NCBI GenBank assembly: GCA_964529375.1
Contig: CAZGUQ010000005.1
Span: 1-33,785 of the forward strand
Source: Candidatus Woesearchaeota archaeon
GTDB lineage: Archaea; Nanobdellota; Nanobdellia; Pacearchaeales; GW2011-AR1
Length of the DNA stretch: 33,785 nucleotides
Reading direction: 5' to 3'
Positions 7,854-17,237 of this stretch are shown here, one piece after another. A program made the position numbers and the translations under genes. The stretch's first letter is position 1, and each line of letters starts with the position of its first letter. The notes beneath the pieces were generated by a model. That model saw nothing but the letters and a program-made list of their open reading frames with translations, ran no database searches and had not been told where the DNA came from.

Positions 7854-8462
7854 TTAAGATATCAATATACTGATAATTCTTCCCACAGAAAATGCTAAGA
7901 ATGCAGCTATTCCGCCAATTATCAGAGTTTGAAAAGTTGATTTAATTTTATGCTTTCCAGTAACTTCCCCCTCAAACCAGCCAATGGTGATTAGGGCAAT
8001 GCCAGTCAATACTATAGAATATTTAAATTGGTTTTCTATAATTACCGGATTTTTTGTGATAGCAGCCACTATGAAAGATAGCAAAGGAAGAAGTCCTATT
8101 AACAAAAATGAAATAAAGGTTGCTGTTGCACCTTTCATCGGATGCTTATCTTGTTTTTTTATTAATTCATTCCGCGATTTTATTGCAAAATAATGCGCGA
8201 CAGCCATGGAAAATCCATCTGCAACCAGATTTGCAAAGCCAAGAGCAAGAACTACAATAGGAGTTAAAGAAGCTCCTATAACTCCCGAAACAACAGCGAA
8301 TGTGGTGATTGAGCCGTCCATTCCGCCATAAACAAGTTCTGGAAGATATTTTCTTTCAATTTTTTGTGTTTCTTTTTCTATCTTTTCTTCCTCTTTTTTT
8401 ATGCTTCTTCCCATTTTTATATCAAGAAAACAGGGTTTAAAATGTTTTTTAGATTGGTTCAA
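7854..8462 (-). CDS. VIT1/CCC1-family iron/manganese transporter
   Basis: 202 aa. ELVYGGMDGSITTFAVVSG signature followed by several TM helices. An alternative ATG lies at 8414. Confidence 0.75.
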   Translation of the reverse strand: MNQSKKHFKPCFLDIKMGRSIKKEEEKIEKETQKIERKYLPELVYGGMDGSITTFAVVSGVIGASLTPIVVLALGFANLVADGFSMAVAHYFAIKSRNELIKKQDKHPMKGATATFISFLLIGLLPLLSFIVAAITKNPVIIENQFKYSIVLTGIALITIGWFEGEVTGKHKIKSTFQTLIIGGIAAFLAFSVGRIISILIS

Positions 8463-8519
8463 GATAAAACTTTTAAAGTTCTTTTACTCTTTTGTTTTAT
8501 AAAAAGAGTGTTTTAAACA

Positions 8520-9371
8520 ATGACATATTACTTGCCGGTATTTGGGGCTGTGATGCTTGCTGCCGGAACAATTTTGGAAAGATTGGTATTAAAGGGAAAG
8601 AAGGTAGGAATTAGGTCATACCAAGTAGCGTCTTTCCTTGCAATAGTAATTGCCATCTCGCCTTTTCTTTATTTTTTCTGGAAACTTGATTCCCAGGCAT
8701 TAGAGATTGGAAACATTCTAATATTCCTGGTAGTTATTCTTTTTGCTCTGTTGGCTAATTTACTTGTCTTTTATTCATTAAAATGGGAAAAAGTAACAAA
8801 TTTAGAACCAGCGAGAGTCTTGGAGCCGTTGTTTGTCATTTTGCTTGTCATCATTTTCAGCTTATTTACAGAGGGAATCTACGCAAAAAACCCAAAGATC
8901 ATTCTTCCCGCTATAATAGCATCTCTTACCCTGGTTTTTTCTCATATAAGCAAACATCATTTAAAATTCAACAAATATTTTATTGCGGCAGTTCTTGGAA
9001 GCCTTTTTTTCGCGCTTGAGCTTGTTATTTCAAGGCTTATTCTGGATTTTTATTCTCCAATAAGCTTTTATTTTTTCAGAAGTGCTTCGATTTTAATTTT
9101 AAGCTTTATAATTTTCAGGCCAAGTTTTAAACAGTTGGACACGCAGACAAAAGGAATTGTTTTTGTTACAGGAATAATTTGGACAATATACAGGGTTATA
9201 ATTTATTACGGTTATCTAAGCATAGGAATTGTTTTTACGACTCTTATTTTAATGCTTGGGCCTGTTTTCATTTACATATTTGCCCATTTTTTCCTTAGAG
9301 AAAAGATGTCATGGAGAAATTTCGTTGCGGCAATAATTATCGTCGGTTCCATTATCTATGCACTAGTTTAA
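8520..9371 (+). CDS. EamA/DMT-superfamily permease
   Basis: 283 aa, about 10 hydrophobic helices in two similar halves, typical of drug/metabolite transporters. Confidence 0.75.
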   Translation: MTYYLPVFGAVMLAAGTILERLVLKGKKVGIRSYQVASFLAIVIAISPFLYFFWKLDSQALEIGNILIFLVVILFALLANLLVFYSLKWEKVTNLEPARVLEPLFVILLVIIFSLFTEGIYAKNPKIILPAIIASLTLVFSHISKHHLKFNKYFIAAVLGSLFFALELVISRLILDFYSPISFYFFRSASILILSFIIFRPSFKQLDTQTKGIVFVTGIIWTIYRVIIYYGYLSIGIVFTTLILMLGPVFIYIFAHFFLREKMSWRNFVAAIIIVGSIIYALV

Positions 9372-9543
9372 AGAGGCATATTTTTTAATTTATCTTAACC
9401 TAAAAAAACAGAGGTATGTTTTTAATTTTAACTTATATCAACCCGAAATAAGATAGTATTACCCTATAGCGACAAAGAATAGTATTAATTCTATAATAGT
9501 AACATATAGAAATATTTATATACCCTTTTTTCCCAGACAGAGG

Positions 9544-11202
9544 ATGAGAAAAACAGGCTTGGCGAAAGGAATTGGTTATGCTCTTGCAATTGGTTCTTTG
9601 GCAAATACAGCCTATGCACAAGATAGCGGAAGACAAGCAAGAAGCAACGAACTTTATTGCATGTTAAACCAAGAAGGAAAATATGTTCTTAGCTCTGATA
9701 GCACAGGGCCAATAGTCAGAAAAGATTCAACGGGAAAAATAATAAAAGAAGATTTTTGCGCAACAGTTCCATTAAGATATCTTCCAAGAAACATAAGAAC
9801 ACCAGTCGCTGGAAGAGATTCTGTAAGAAAAACCGCAATGCCTATTGAAAGAAGCATATCAACACAAAGAACAGAATCAAGAGACACATTAAGAGCAAGA
9901 ATTGTACCAAGAGTTGAAGCACTCTCCCAAGATACTTCAAGGAGAGCAATTCAGGGAATAGAAACAAGGAACATAGAATCAACAGACATAAAATATCTTC
10001 CAAAGTTAATGGAGGGGATTATTTATGAAATTTACAGAGATCCCAAGACAGATTCCTTAAAAATTGAGTTTATCCCTAAAGAAATGAGAGTTGGTTTGCC
10101 GAGGGGAGAATATAGGCAAACAAACCAGGGAGATAGTATTCTTATTGATTTGGGAGTTATAGATGAGGTTGATAACAGGCAGTTCAGATTTAACACTAAA
10201 GAATTAGAAGAAAAGATTAGAGATTACTTAGAAAGAAAAAATATAAGAATAAATTCTGTTCGCGATCTCCCAAAGCTTGCAGAGGGAGAAGTTTATGAGA
10301 TATACAAGGATGAAAATGATTCTATAATCACTTCAATTGTACCCAGAGAAATCAGGGAAAGAAGAAAAGAACTTGGATTGCTTTATTCAGAGTTCTACAG
10401 AGAAACTAGTCAAAAAGACAGCATCATTGTCCATCCAAATGTTCTGAGTGAAGTTAATAATGACAGTCTTGAAATCAGATTAGGAAACATAGAGAGAATA
10501 ACAACCCCTTACAGAATAAATTCAAGAGGAGAAAGGGTTGAAGAAGAAGAAGAAAGACAACCGCAAACACAAACACAGCCAGCACAAAGACAGGTAAGAA
10601 GAATAGAAACAGGAAGAAAACAAACAATAAACAAAGCAACTCTTGGTTTGGAAGCTGGAATTGGTTCTAGAGAAGAAATTGCTTTAGGTTTATTTTCAGA
10701 AATTCCATTGAACAAATTCCTCAATGCAGAAATCTTTGGAAATTATCATGTTTCCCGTGGAAAACCCATTTACTCTGACACAACTACAGAAACAACAATG
10801 AGAGAAACGCAGTTGATAGGCGGAACAGGAGCAACTGCAACTTACAAAGATAGAACAGATGAAATTTCAACAAGTTTAATGGAAGAAATACTTGCAGAAG
10901 CGGGCGTTGGATTAACATTCAGAATTGACAATTTTGAACTGCCGTTGAGAGCTGGAGCTGGTTTTGTAAATGAAACAGAAACTCAAAATGGAAAATCAAA
11001 AATAACATTCACAAGAAATCTTCAGGAATTAGCGAGTGATTCAATATCAAACACAAGAGTTCTTGGGCCAGAATTAAAGGCAAGATACTTTGCAAGTGCT
11101 GGTTTAAGATATAATGTAAATAAAAATTTGTCTGTCGGCGTTTCCGGAAACAGGATTGGAAACAGGAACAGCATAAGGGCAGGCATAAGGGGGAAATTTT
11201 AA
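9544..11202 (+). CDS. secreted protein with two ~90-aa internal repeats and a C-terminal OMP-like beta-barrel region
   Basis: 552 aa. Signal peptide ending AYA-QD. Repeats DIKYLPKLMEGIIYEIYRD... and VRDLPKLAEGEVYEIYKD.... An E/Q-rich linker follows. The last ~190 aa form amphipathic strands (AGVGLTFRI, LRAGAGFVNE, YFASAGLRYNV, LSVGVSGNRIG) ending SIRAGIRGKF. Confidence 0.7.
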   Translation: MRKTGLAKGIGYALAIGSLANTAYAQDSGRQARSNELYCMLNQEGKYVLSSDSTGPIVRKDSTGKIIKEDFCATVPLRYLPRNIRTPVAGRDSVRKTAMPIERSISTQRTESRDTLRARIVPRVEALSQDTSRRAIQGIETRNIESTDIKYLPKLMEGIIYEIYRDPKTDSLKIEFIPKEMRVGLPRGEYRQTNQGDSILIDLGVIDEVDNRQFRFNTKELEEKIRDYLERKNIRINSVRDLPKLAEGEVYEIYKDENDSIITSIVPREIRERRKELGLLYSEFYRETSQKDSIIVHPNVLSEVNNDSLEIRLGNIERITTPYRINSRGERVEEEEERQPQTQTQPAQRQVRRIETGRKQTINKATLGLEAGIGSREEIALGLFSEIPLNKFLNAEIFGNYHVSRGKPIYSDTTTETTMRETQLIGGTGATATYKDRTDEISTSLMEEILAEAGVGLTFRIDNFELPLRAGAGFVNETETQNGKSKITFTRNLQELASDSISNTRVLGPELKARYFASAGLRYNVNKNLSVGVSGNRIGNRNSIRAGIRGKF

Positions 11203-11203
11203 G

Positions 11204-11533
11204 ATGAAAAATTTAAGGAATTATTTAACTGCAGGGATGGTTGGACTTAGTTTATATGGATGTTTGACAGAACAAGATTCAATACAAAACAGACAGGGTA
11301 ATACACAAAAACAGCAAACAGAAGAATATTCTTTTGATAGGTTTGGGGTTACTACTAAAAGTATTCCTATAAAAATTGAAGGAGAAGCTTTAGGTATTAC
11401 ATCTGGTGATTTTGATGGAGATGGTGATATAGATATCGCTACTATCATTCGTAGATCTAGTGCTCTGGTCAATTATGATTTTTTAAAAATCTATGAAAAT
11501 AAAATTCCCCAGAAAACAGGAGAACAGAGATAA
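11204..11533 (+). CDS. small lipoprotein-like protein with FG-GAP/VCBS-like motif
   Basis: 109 aa. The N-terminus GMVGLSLYGC resembles a lipobox. GDFDGDGDIDIA is a Ca-binding FG-GAP-type motif. Starts 1 nt after the upstream stop. Confidence 0.55.
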   Translation: MKNLRNYLTAGMVGLSLYGCLTEQDSIQNRQGNTQKQQTEEYSFDRFGVTTKSIPIKIEGEALGITSGDFDGDGDIDIATIIRRSSALVNYDFLKIYENKIPQKTGEQR

Positions 11534-11534
11534 G

Positions 11535-13025
11535 ATGAAAAACACAAAACTACTTTTAATCTCTCTCGCATTAATCTTTCTAATTTCGCTTGTTTCTTTT
11601 GCAAGCGCAGCAAGCGTCATCACAAACATATTTTATGATTCAACAACAGAAAGAAATGCGACAATACCTTACGGAGAGCAGATTGGATTGATAATCAGCG
11701 CTGATTCGATTTTTGAAGATAACATGACATTAAGTGTTGATTTGCTTGATTCTAATGGAGATTTTATAAGAAACTTGCTTTCTGTTTTCACAACCAGCGA
11801 TTCTTATTCAAACTATATTATTTTGGGGCCAACTCTTTACAATTCTACTGGAGATTATAAAATTATTTCCACAATTACTGCTGCAAGCGGGCAGACAGAC
11901 ACAGATGAATTAACTCTTAGTGTAAATGCTCCAGCAACAGGAAACAATGCTCCTGTTATAATCTCAATTCCTGTAACACAAGTAAATGAAAGCCAAGTTT
12001 ATGTTTATCAAGTAACAGCAACAGATGCTGACAATGATGCTTTAACTTACACATTAACTCAAAATCCTAGCTGGCTTTCAATAAATTCTGGCACTGGTTT
12101 AATTTCTGGCACAGCTCCTAGCGTTGATTCAAATACAGATTTTGCAGTAACTGTTCAAGTATCAGACGGTGAAGACACAGCAACACAGTTTTATGTGATT
12201 ACTGTATTAAATGTTATTTCTCCGCCAATAAACAATGCTCCTGTTATAACATCAACGCCAATAACAAGTGTTAATGAAAGTACAGCATATTCTTACCAAG
12301 TTACTGCAACAGACGCTGATGGTGATTCCCTAATCTACTTTTTAACACAAGCTCCGGGTTGGCTTACAATAGATAGCAATGGCTTAGTTTCAGGAACAGC
12401 ACCTTCTGTAAATGCAAATACAGATTTCCCAATAATTATTCTAGTATCTGACGGACAAGCAAGTGCAACACAATCATATGTTTTAACTGTAATAGACATT
12501 TCCGCAGGAAATAATGCTCCTATAATTACATCAACCCCAATAACAAGTGTTGATGAAAATGCACAATATTCTTATCAGGTAACTGCAACAGATGCCGATG
12601 GAGATACATTAACTTACTCTTTCTCAGGTCCAAGCTGGCTTTCAATCAATGCAAATACTGGTTTGGTTTCGGGAACAGCACCTAGTGTTTCTTCTGACGC
12701 GCAATTCACAATTACAATAACTGTTTCAGACGGCACAGATTCTGCAACACAAACATATACATTAACTGTAAATGATGTTTCTGGAACAGGTGGGACAGGT
12801 GGAAAGAAAGGAGGCGGAGGAGTAAAGATTATTCCGGCAAATGATTTTGAAAATCAGAAATATCTTGATCAGTTTGGGCCGATAAATGCGGCTGAAGAAG
12901 AAACAAAAACTCCAGAGCAAAAAAGTTCTTTCTTGAAGGCACTTTTGATTCTTATTTGGATTGTTGTCTTTTTGCTCTTGATAGCTCTTGCTGTTTTGTT
13001 AGTTAGAAGAATAAGAAGAAAGTGA
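11535..13025 (+). CDS. surface adhesin with three tandem cadherin-like/putative-Ig domains and C-terminal TM anchor
   Basis: The ATG at 11535 gives signal peptide MKNTKLLLISLALIFLISLVSFASA. Three repeats of NNAP.I.S.P.T.V.E...Y.YQVTATDADGD.L.Y....P.WL.I....GL.SGTAP. G-rich stalk. TM plus RRIRRK at the end. Confidence 0.8.
   Translation: MKNTKLLLISLALIFLISLVSFASAASVITNIFYDSTTERNATIPYGEQIGLIISADSIFEDNMTLSVDLLDSNGDFIRNLLSVFTTSDSYSNYIILGPTLYNSTGDYKIISTITAASGQTDTDELTLSVNAPATGNNAPVIISIPVTQVNESQVYVYQVTATDADNDALTYTLTQNPSWLSINSGTGLISGTAPSVDSNTDFAVTVQVSDGEDTATQFYVITVLNVISPPINNAPVITSTPITSVNESTAYSYQVTATDADGDSLIYFLTQAPGWLTIDSNGLVSGTAPSVNANTDFPIIILVSDGQASATQSYVLTVIDISAGNNAPIITSTPITSVDENAQYSYQVTATDADGDTLTYSFSGPSWLSINANTGLVSGTAPSVSSDAQFTITITVSDGTDSATQTYTLTVNDVSGTGGTGGKKGGGGVKIIPANDFENQKYLDQFGPINAAEEETKTPEQKSSFLKALLILIWIVVFLLLIALAVLLVRRIRRK
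11943..12785 (+). repeat. intragenic tandem repeat (3 units of about 280-290 nt)
   Basis: Units start at 11943, 12231 and 12510, each with aacaatgctcct (NNAP), and encode the three cadherin-like domains. Confidence 0.75.
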
Positions 13026-13147
13026 TTTTTCTATTAAAATATAGCATAAATGATGTTCAATTAATATGTTATTAATAAGGTAAATCTTCTACATCTAATA
13101 AATTGGTGTATTTTATATTAAAAAGGGATTTATATCAATATTAAACT

Positions 13148-14758
13148 CTAAAACATCCCCTCTTCCTGTGTCCTGCTTATTCTTCCAATGCTATTGCTTT
13201 TTCCTGAAGAAGCAATCACATCGTCAATCCTAAGAATCATCATTGCAACTTCGCTTGCTGAATTGATTGCCTGGGTTTTTATTTTCAATGGTTCTATAAT
13301 TCTTGCTTCAAGCATATTCTCAATCTTGTTCGTAAAGAGGTTTAAGCCAGCATTTCTTTCTCCAGAATCATGTCTTGATTTCAATTCTGTAAGAACATCT
13401 ATGGGATCCAACCCAGCATTTTCTGCGAGAGTTGCAGGAATAGATTCAAGTGCAGAAGCAAATTCCTCTACTGCAAGCTGTTCTCTGCCACTAAGACTGT
13501 GACCAAACTCTCTAAGCCTTTTCGCCAGTTCAATTTCCACAGCCCCCCCTCCGGAAACAACCAAACCTGTCTGCAATGCAGAAGCAACATCACCCAAACC
13601 GTCTTTAATTGCCCGTTCAATTTCATCAATAACATGCTCTGTTCCTCCGTGAATCAATATTGTTAATGCTTTAGGATTTTGGCATCCACGAACATAAGTC
13701 AGGGAATCCTCGCCGTGCTTTACTTCCTCAACTAAATCAGCAGAGCCAAGCTCAAACGGATTTAATTCAGAAAGATTGCTTACTATTTTTCCTCCTGTCG
13801 CCTTTGACATTTTTTCCATGTCGCTTCGGGAAACTCTTCGGCAGGCATATATTTTTTCCTTGGCAAGAAGATACTGCGCAAAATCATCAACCCCTTTCTG
13901 ACAGAAAATGACATTTGCTCCAGAGAGTTTTACTTTTTCCACCATGTCTTTGATTTCTCTTTCTTCCTGTGCAATAAATCCGTGGAGCTGCTCAGGACTT
14001 GATATAGAAATTTTTGTTTCAATTTCCGGATTTCTCAGCTCAAGAGAAAAATCAATCAGCGCTATCTTTGCTCCTCTTACAGATTGAGGCATGTCCTGTG
14101 AAATCCTTGATTTGTCTATGACAATTCCCGAAATTAATTCAGTATCTTTTATGCCATCGCCTTTTGATTTTTCTATCTTTATATCACTCAAATCCACTTT
14201 TCCTTTATTTTCTATCTGCTTAACAGCTCTTACAATAATGTCTGCAAACCAGTCTCTGGAATCTTCTGCTCCTTTCCCAGTCATCGCTGTCATCGCAATC
14301 TGTTTCAAAATATCTTCGTCATCTGGTGTGATTCTCAGGGCAATATCACGCAAAATTTCCTGTGCTTTCTCAGAGGCAAGCCTGTAACCTTTCGTAATGA
14401 CTGTTGGATGTATTTTCTTGTCGAGAAGTTTTTCAGCATTTTCCAAAAGTTTTCCCGCAATCATTACTGCCGTAGTTGTGCCGTCGCCAACTTCACTTTC
14501 CTGGGTTTTTGCAATCTCAACCATCATCTTGGCAGCAGGATGCTCTATCTGCATTTCCTCAAGAATTGTTACGCCATCATTTGTGATTGTTATATCGTTT
14601 GTTGGAGAAACCAGCATCTTGTCCATGCCTTTTGGTCCAAGAGTTGTCTTTACAATTTCAGCAACCATTTTTGCTGCTAAAATGTTGTTCCTCTGCGCAT
14701 CTTTCCCAAGAAGCCTTTGAACGTCTTCGGGCATAAGCATAACTGGTTTATCTGACAT
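13148..14758 (-). CDS. ths: thermosome subunit (group II chaperonin)
   Basis: 536 aa. [25 protein letters not shown] and VSGGGAVE motifs, and a helical-protrusion region. Archaeal CCT/thermosome family. Confidence 0.95.
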   Translation of the reverse strand: MSDKPVMLMPEDVQRLLGKDAQRNNILAAKMVAEIVKTTLGPKGMDKMLVSPTNDITITNDGVTILEEMQIEHPAAKMMVEIAKTQESEVGDGTTTAVMIAGKLLENAEKLLDKKIHPTVITKGYRLASEKAQEILRDIALRITPDDEDILKQIAMTAMTGKGAEDSRDWFADIIVRAVKQIENKGKVDLSDIKIEKSKGDGIKDTELISGIVIDKSRISQDMPQSVRGAKIALIDFSLELRNPEIETKISISSPEQLHGFIAQEEREIKDMVEKVKLSGANVIFCQKGVDDFAQYLLAKEKIYACRRVSRSDMEKMSKATGGKIVSNLSELNPFELGSADLVEEVKHGEDSLTYVRGCQNPKALTILIHGGTEHVIDEIERAIKDGLGDVASALQTGLVVSGGGAVEIELAKRLREFGHSLSGREQLAVEEFASALESIPATLAENAGLDPIDVLTELKSRHDSGERNAGLNLFTNKIENMLEARIIEPLKIKTQAINSASEVAMMILRIDDVIASSGKSNSIGRISRTQEEGMF

Positions 14759-14764
14759 TTTTTA

Positions 14765-15070
14765 TTATTTACCTCTTCTTAAATTAATTAAGTAAGAATA
14801 ACCTTTAGCCTGTAAAACCAATCTGGAATTGTCCGGGTTCTGTGAATCGTAATCTAAACGAAATTCGGCATTCATCTGCCCTCTAACTTTTGATATTGGA
14901 ACATGATAGTATTCAGGGGTTATAATAACAGTTTTTTCTCCCATACTCAGCTTAATCTCTAAAGAATTATCCTGAGGAAGCAAAATACACGGCATATTTT
15001 TCATGGCATCTTCAAGTTTTTTTAATTGATTATCATCTTCAACAATGAATCTTATTTTCATATTAATCAT
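14765..15070 (-). CDS. hypothetical protein, immediately upstream of thermosome
   Basis: 101-aa ORF whose stop lies 6 nt before the thermosome ATG. No motif recognised. Confidence 0.5.
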   Translation of the reverse strand: MINMKIRFIVEDDNQLKKLEDAMKNMPCILLPQDNSLEIKLSMGEKTVIITPEYYHVPISKVRGQMNAEFRLDYDSQNPDNSRLVLQAKGYSYLINLRRGK

Positions 15071-15162
15071 ACCTCTTTATTATCATATTTAAACATTATT
15101 GTAATAAAATAAGTGAAGCGAAAACTCGCAAAGTTTATATAATTAAAGGGCTTAATTTCTAC

Positions 15163-15726
15163 ATGAAAAACACATTGGTTGCTGATGTGATGACAAGGGA
15201 GCCTTTCACTACAGGGTCAGATACAAGCCTTCTTGAATGCGCCAAAATTATGATAAGAAAGAAAGTTGGCAGTTTGCCTCTTGTTGATAAAAAAAATCTT
15301 ATTGGTTTCATCAGCCAAAGAGATGTCTTATGGGCTCTTGTAAAGAATCCAAAAGCAGATTTATCAAAAATAAAGGCAAAAGATCTTTCCCCAAAAAAAA
15401 TAGCGACGATAAAACCCAATATAACAATTGATGAAGCAATAAGAAAAATGAACAATCTTAAATTCGACAGATTTCCTGTTGTAAAAGACAAGGAACTTTT
15501 GGGTATAGTAACTTCAAAAGACATCCTGAATTTCCATCCTGAAATTTATCCCGAACTTGAAGAGCTGTCAAAAATAAGAGACGAGGCAGAAAAACTGAAA
15601 AGAATAACAGAATCAAAAGAAGGAGCATTCGCCCAGGATGGAATTTGCGAGGAGTGTGGAAACAGGGACTCTCTTTACAGAGTCAACGGAATGCTTGTCT
15701 GCGAATCCTGCAAAGGTTCTATCTAA
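15163..15726 (+). CDS. CBS-pair domain protein with C-terminal zinc ribbon
   Basis: 187 aa. Two CBS motifs (VADVMTREPFT..., GSLPLVD; ...FPVVKDKELLGIVTSKDIL). C-terminal CEECGN...CESC. Confidence 0.85.
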   Translation: MKNTLVADVMTREPFTTGSDTSLLECAKIMIRKKVGSLPLVDKKNLIGFISQRDVLWALVKNPKADLSKIKAKDLSPKKIATIKPNITIDEAIRKMNNLKFDRFPVVKDKELLGIVTSKDILNFHPEIYPELEELSKIRDEAEKLKRITESKEGAFAQDGICEECGNRDSLYRVNGMLVCESCKGSI

Positions 15727-15761
15727 CTTTTATTTTGATATTTGGTCTTTCTTAATGGTTC

Positions 15762-15931
15762 TGTTAAGCCAACGAGTGATGGAATAGCAAATTTTCTAGT
15801 TTTATCGTCTATAAAAGAAATATAATTAAAGTTTCAATAATTGCCCTTTTTGGTTAATTAAAATATGTAAAATATCTTCGGTTAATCACAAATTTAAAAA
15901 GGTTTATCATCTTTTAAGTTAACGCAATCTT
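15762..15931 (-). repeat. 170-bp interspersed element, copy B (inverted relative to copy A)
   Basis: See copy A. Contains the identical runs atagcaaattttctagttttatcgtctataaaaga (15784-15818) and ttaaagtttcaataattgcc. Confidence 0.75.
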
Positions 15932-15932
15932 C

Positions 15933-16628
15933 TTAGTCAAAAACTGGTGTGAAATGCAATTGACTGGCTTTCTTTTCTACAAATTCCCTAAGAATTTTTT
16001 CCATATCAAACCCTTTTATATACTGATTAAATTCTTCTGAGCCAACAACAAGTTGTGCTTCGTGGGCTATTTTTTTATAGATTTCGTAAACTGCTTCGAT
16101 ACGGTTATTTATCTTTACCTGTTTGTGATGAATTGCAAGGATTCCTTTATTCCCTATTAACTCCCCTAGAAAGGGCTCGTCTCTTCTTATAACAATCCCA
16201 ATTGATTGTATATCTAAAGGAGTATTATCAATCAGATCTTCCAAGGTTGGCCGAGGGTAAGAATTTAAATCGCTCACAACAACACAATATTGCTTATTCC
16301 AAAAAGCAGGGTTTCCATACTTTGTTCTTCTTTCTCTCCAGCCAAGATTTCTTAGAGTATATGGCTTTGTAGAAAGTTGGCCTGCTACAAAATCAACATC
16401 AATAATTCCGTTTTCTCTTCTTGTTTTTATTTTATATTCAAATTCACTTATTGGTCTATATATATAACCCCCGGCAATCATCAATTGACCTTCAGAGTTT
16501 CCAAGTCCAATTTTAAGAATTTCAGGCCATTTTGGATCTTTATCTAATGTTTTTACAACTATTCCACGATACTTTTCTCTTAATTTTTCTATGTCTGGGG
16601 ATGGTTTTTCTAGCTGCTCAGAAGCCAT
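15933..16628 (-). CDS. hypothetical protein, possible minimal Pol-beta-type nucleotidyltransferase (class II CCA/poly(A) polymerase head-like)
   Basis: 231 aa. IAGGYIYR...IIDVDFV (GG...DxD), PTLEDLIDNTPLDIQSIGI (compare EEDL.RRDFT.NA) and LGELIGNKGILAIH are spaced as in class II nucleotidyltransferase heads. The similarity is weak and judged by eye. Confidence 0.55.
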   Translation of the reverse strand: MASEQLEKPSPDIEKLREKYRGIVVKTLDKDPKWPEILKIGLGNSEGQLMIAGGYIYRPISEFEYKIKTRRENGIIDVDFVAGQLSTKPYTLRNLGWRERRTKYGNPAFWNKQYCVVVSDLNSYPRPTLEDLIDNTPLDIQSIGIVIRRDEPFLGELIGNKGILAIHHKQVKINNRIEAVYEIYKKIAHEAQLVVGSEEFNQYIKGFDMEKILREFVEKKASQLHFTPVFD

Positions 16629-16730
16629 TCCTTTAGCACATCATCTTATCTTATAAAATATATTGTGAACCACAACACTGTTCATTTAGTTAAATATTTA
16701 AATCTAATATCCCTTTTTAGGAAAAATAAA

Positions 16731-17237
16731 ATGCCAGAAAAAGAAACGATTTTCTCAAGCAAAATAAAGTACACCGGAGTTTTTTCATTTAAGGATTTCT
16801 ATAAATTCTGCTATGATTGGCTCAAAGACGAAACAGGCCTTGAAATCAAAGAAGATAAATACACCGAGAAAATAGATGGTGCTTCAAAGAGAATAGAAGT
16901 TGGATGGACAGGAGAAAGAAAACTTACAGATTTCTTCAAGATTGAGGCAAAGATAAATATGAAGGCGGAAAATCTGAAGGAAATAGAGGTTTCACAGGGA
17001 AATGCCAAGGTAAAAACAAATCAGGGTGCTGTTGAAACAGAAATAAAAGGGATTATTGTAAAAGATTATGCAGGAAAATTTGAGACGAGCGCATTCAAAA
17101 AATTCCTCCGTGGCATTTACGAAAAATGGGTAATTCCTTCAAGCATTGAGGAATACAAGACAAAAATTTCGGAAGACTGCGATAAATTCCTCAATCAGGC
17201 AAAAGCATATCTTGATTTAGAAGGAAAGAAGTTTTAG
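16731..17237 (+). CDS. hypothetical protein
   Basis: ATG at 16731 (MPEKETIFSS...) is preceded by TATA-like ttaaatatttaaat about 28 nt upstream. The track ORF starts earlier at a GTG. No motif recognised. Confidence 0.55.
   Translation: MPEKETIFSSKIKYTGVFSFKDFYKFCYDWLKDETGLEIKEDKYTEKIDGASKRIEVGWTGERKLTDFFKIEAKINMKAENLKEIEVSQGNAKVKTNQGAVETEIKGIIVKDYAGKFETSAFKKFLRGIYEKWVIPSSIEEYKTKISEDCDKFLNQAKAYLDLEGKKF

Noticed and set aside
9433-9540. Short direct repeats (atagtatta twice, plus ataatagtaa) upstream of the barrel-like gene, and the tracked 67-aa minus ORF 9433-9636.
   Set aside because: The repeats are short and AT-rich, within chance expectation for this composition. The ORF overlaps the start of a better-supported gene.
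10540-10600. Simple-sequence run gaagaagaagaagaa followed by caaacacaaacacag.
   Set aside because: It lies in frame in the 9544-11202 gene and simply encodes the EEEEE/QTQTQ linker between domains.
11943-12785. Regularly spaced ~280-290-nt repeats, considered as a possible CRISPR-like or satellite array.
   Set aside because: They are in frame within one ORF and encode three diverged cadherin-like domains. They are not short direct repeats separated by spacers.
13188-14720. Four plus-strand ORFs (13188-13502, 14091-14387, 14397-14720, 14408-14680) inside the thermosome gene.
   Set aside because: They are antisense to a very confidently identified conserved gene. Their Ser/Phe/Ile-rich composition is typical of shadow ORFs.
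15159-15524. 121-aa minus ORF opposite the CBS gene. Similar shadow ORFs lie opposite rps10 (27533-27907, 27685-27891), serS, the Kef-type antiporter gene and trxB.
   Set aside because: They are antisense shadows of well-supported genes, with no independent signals.
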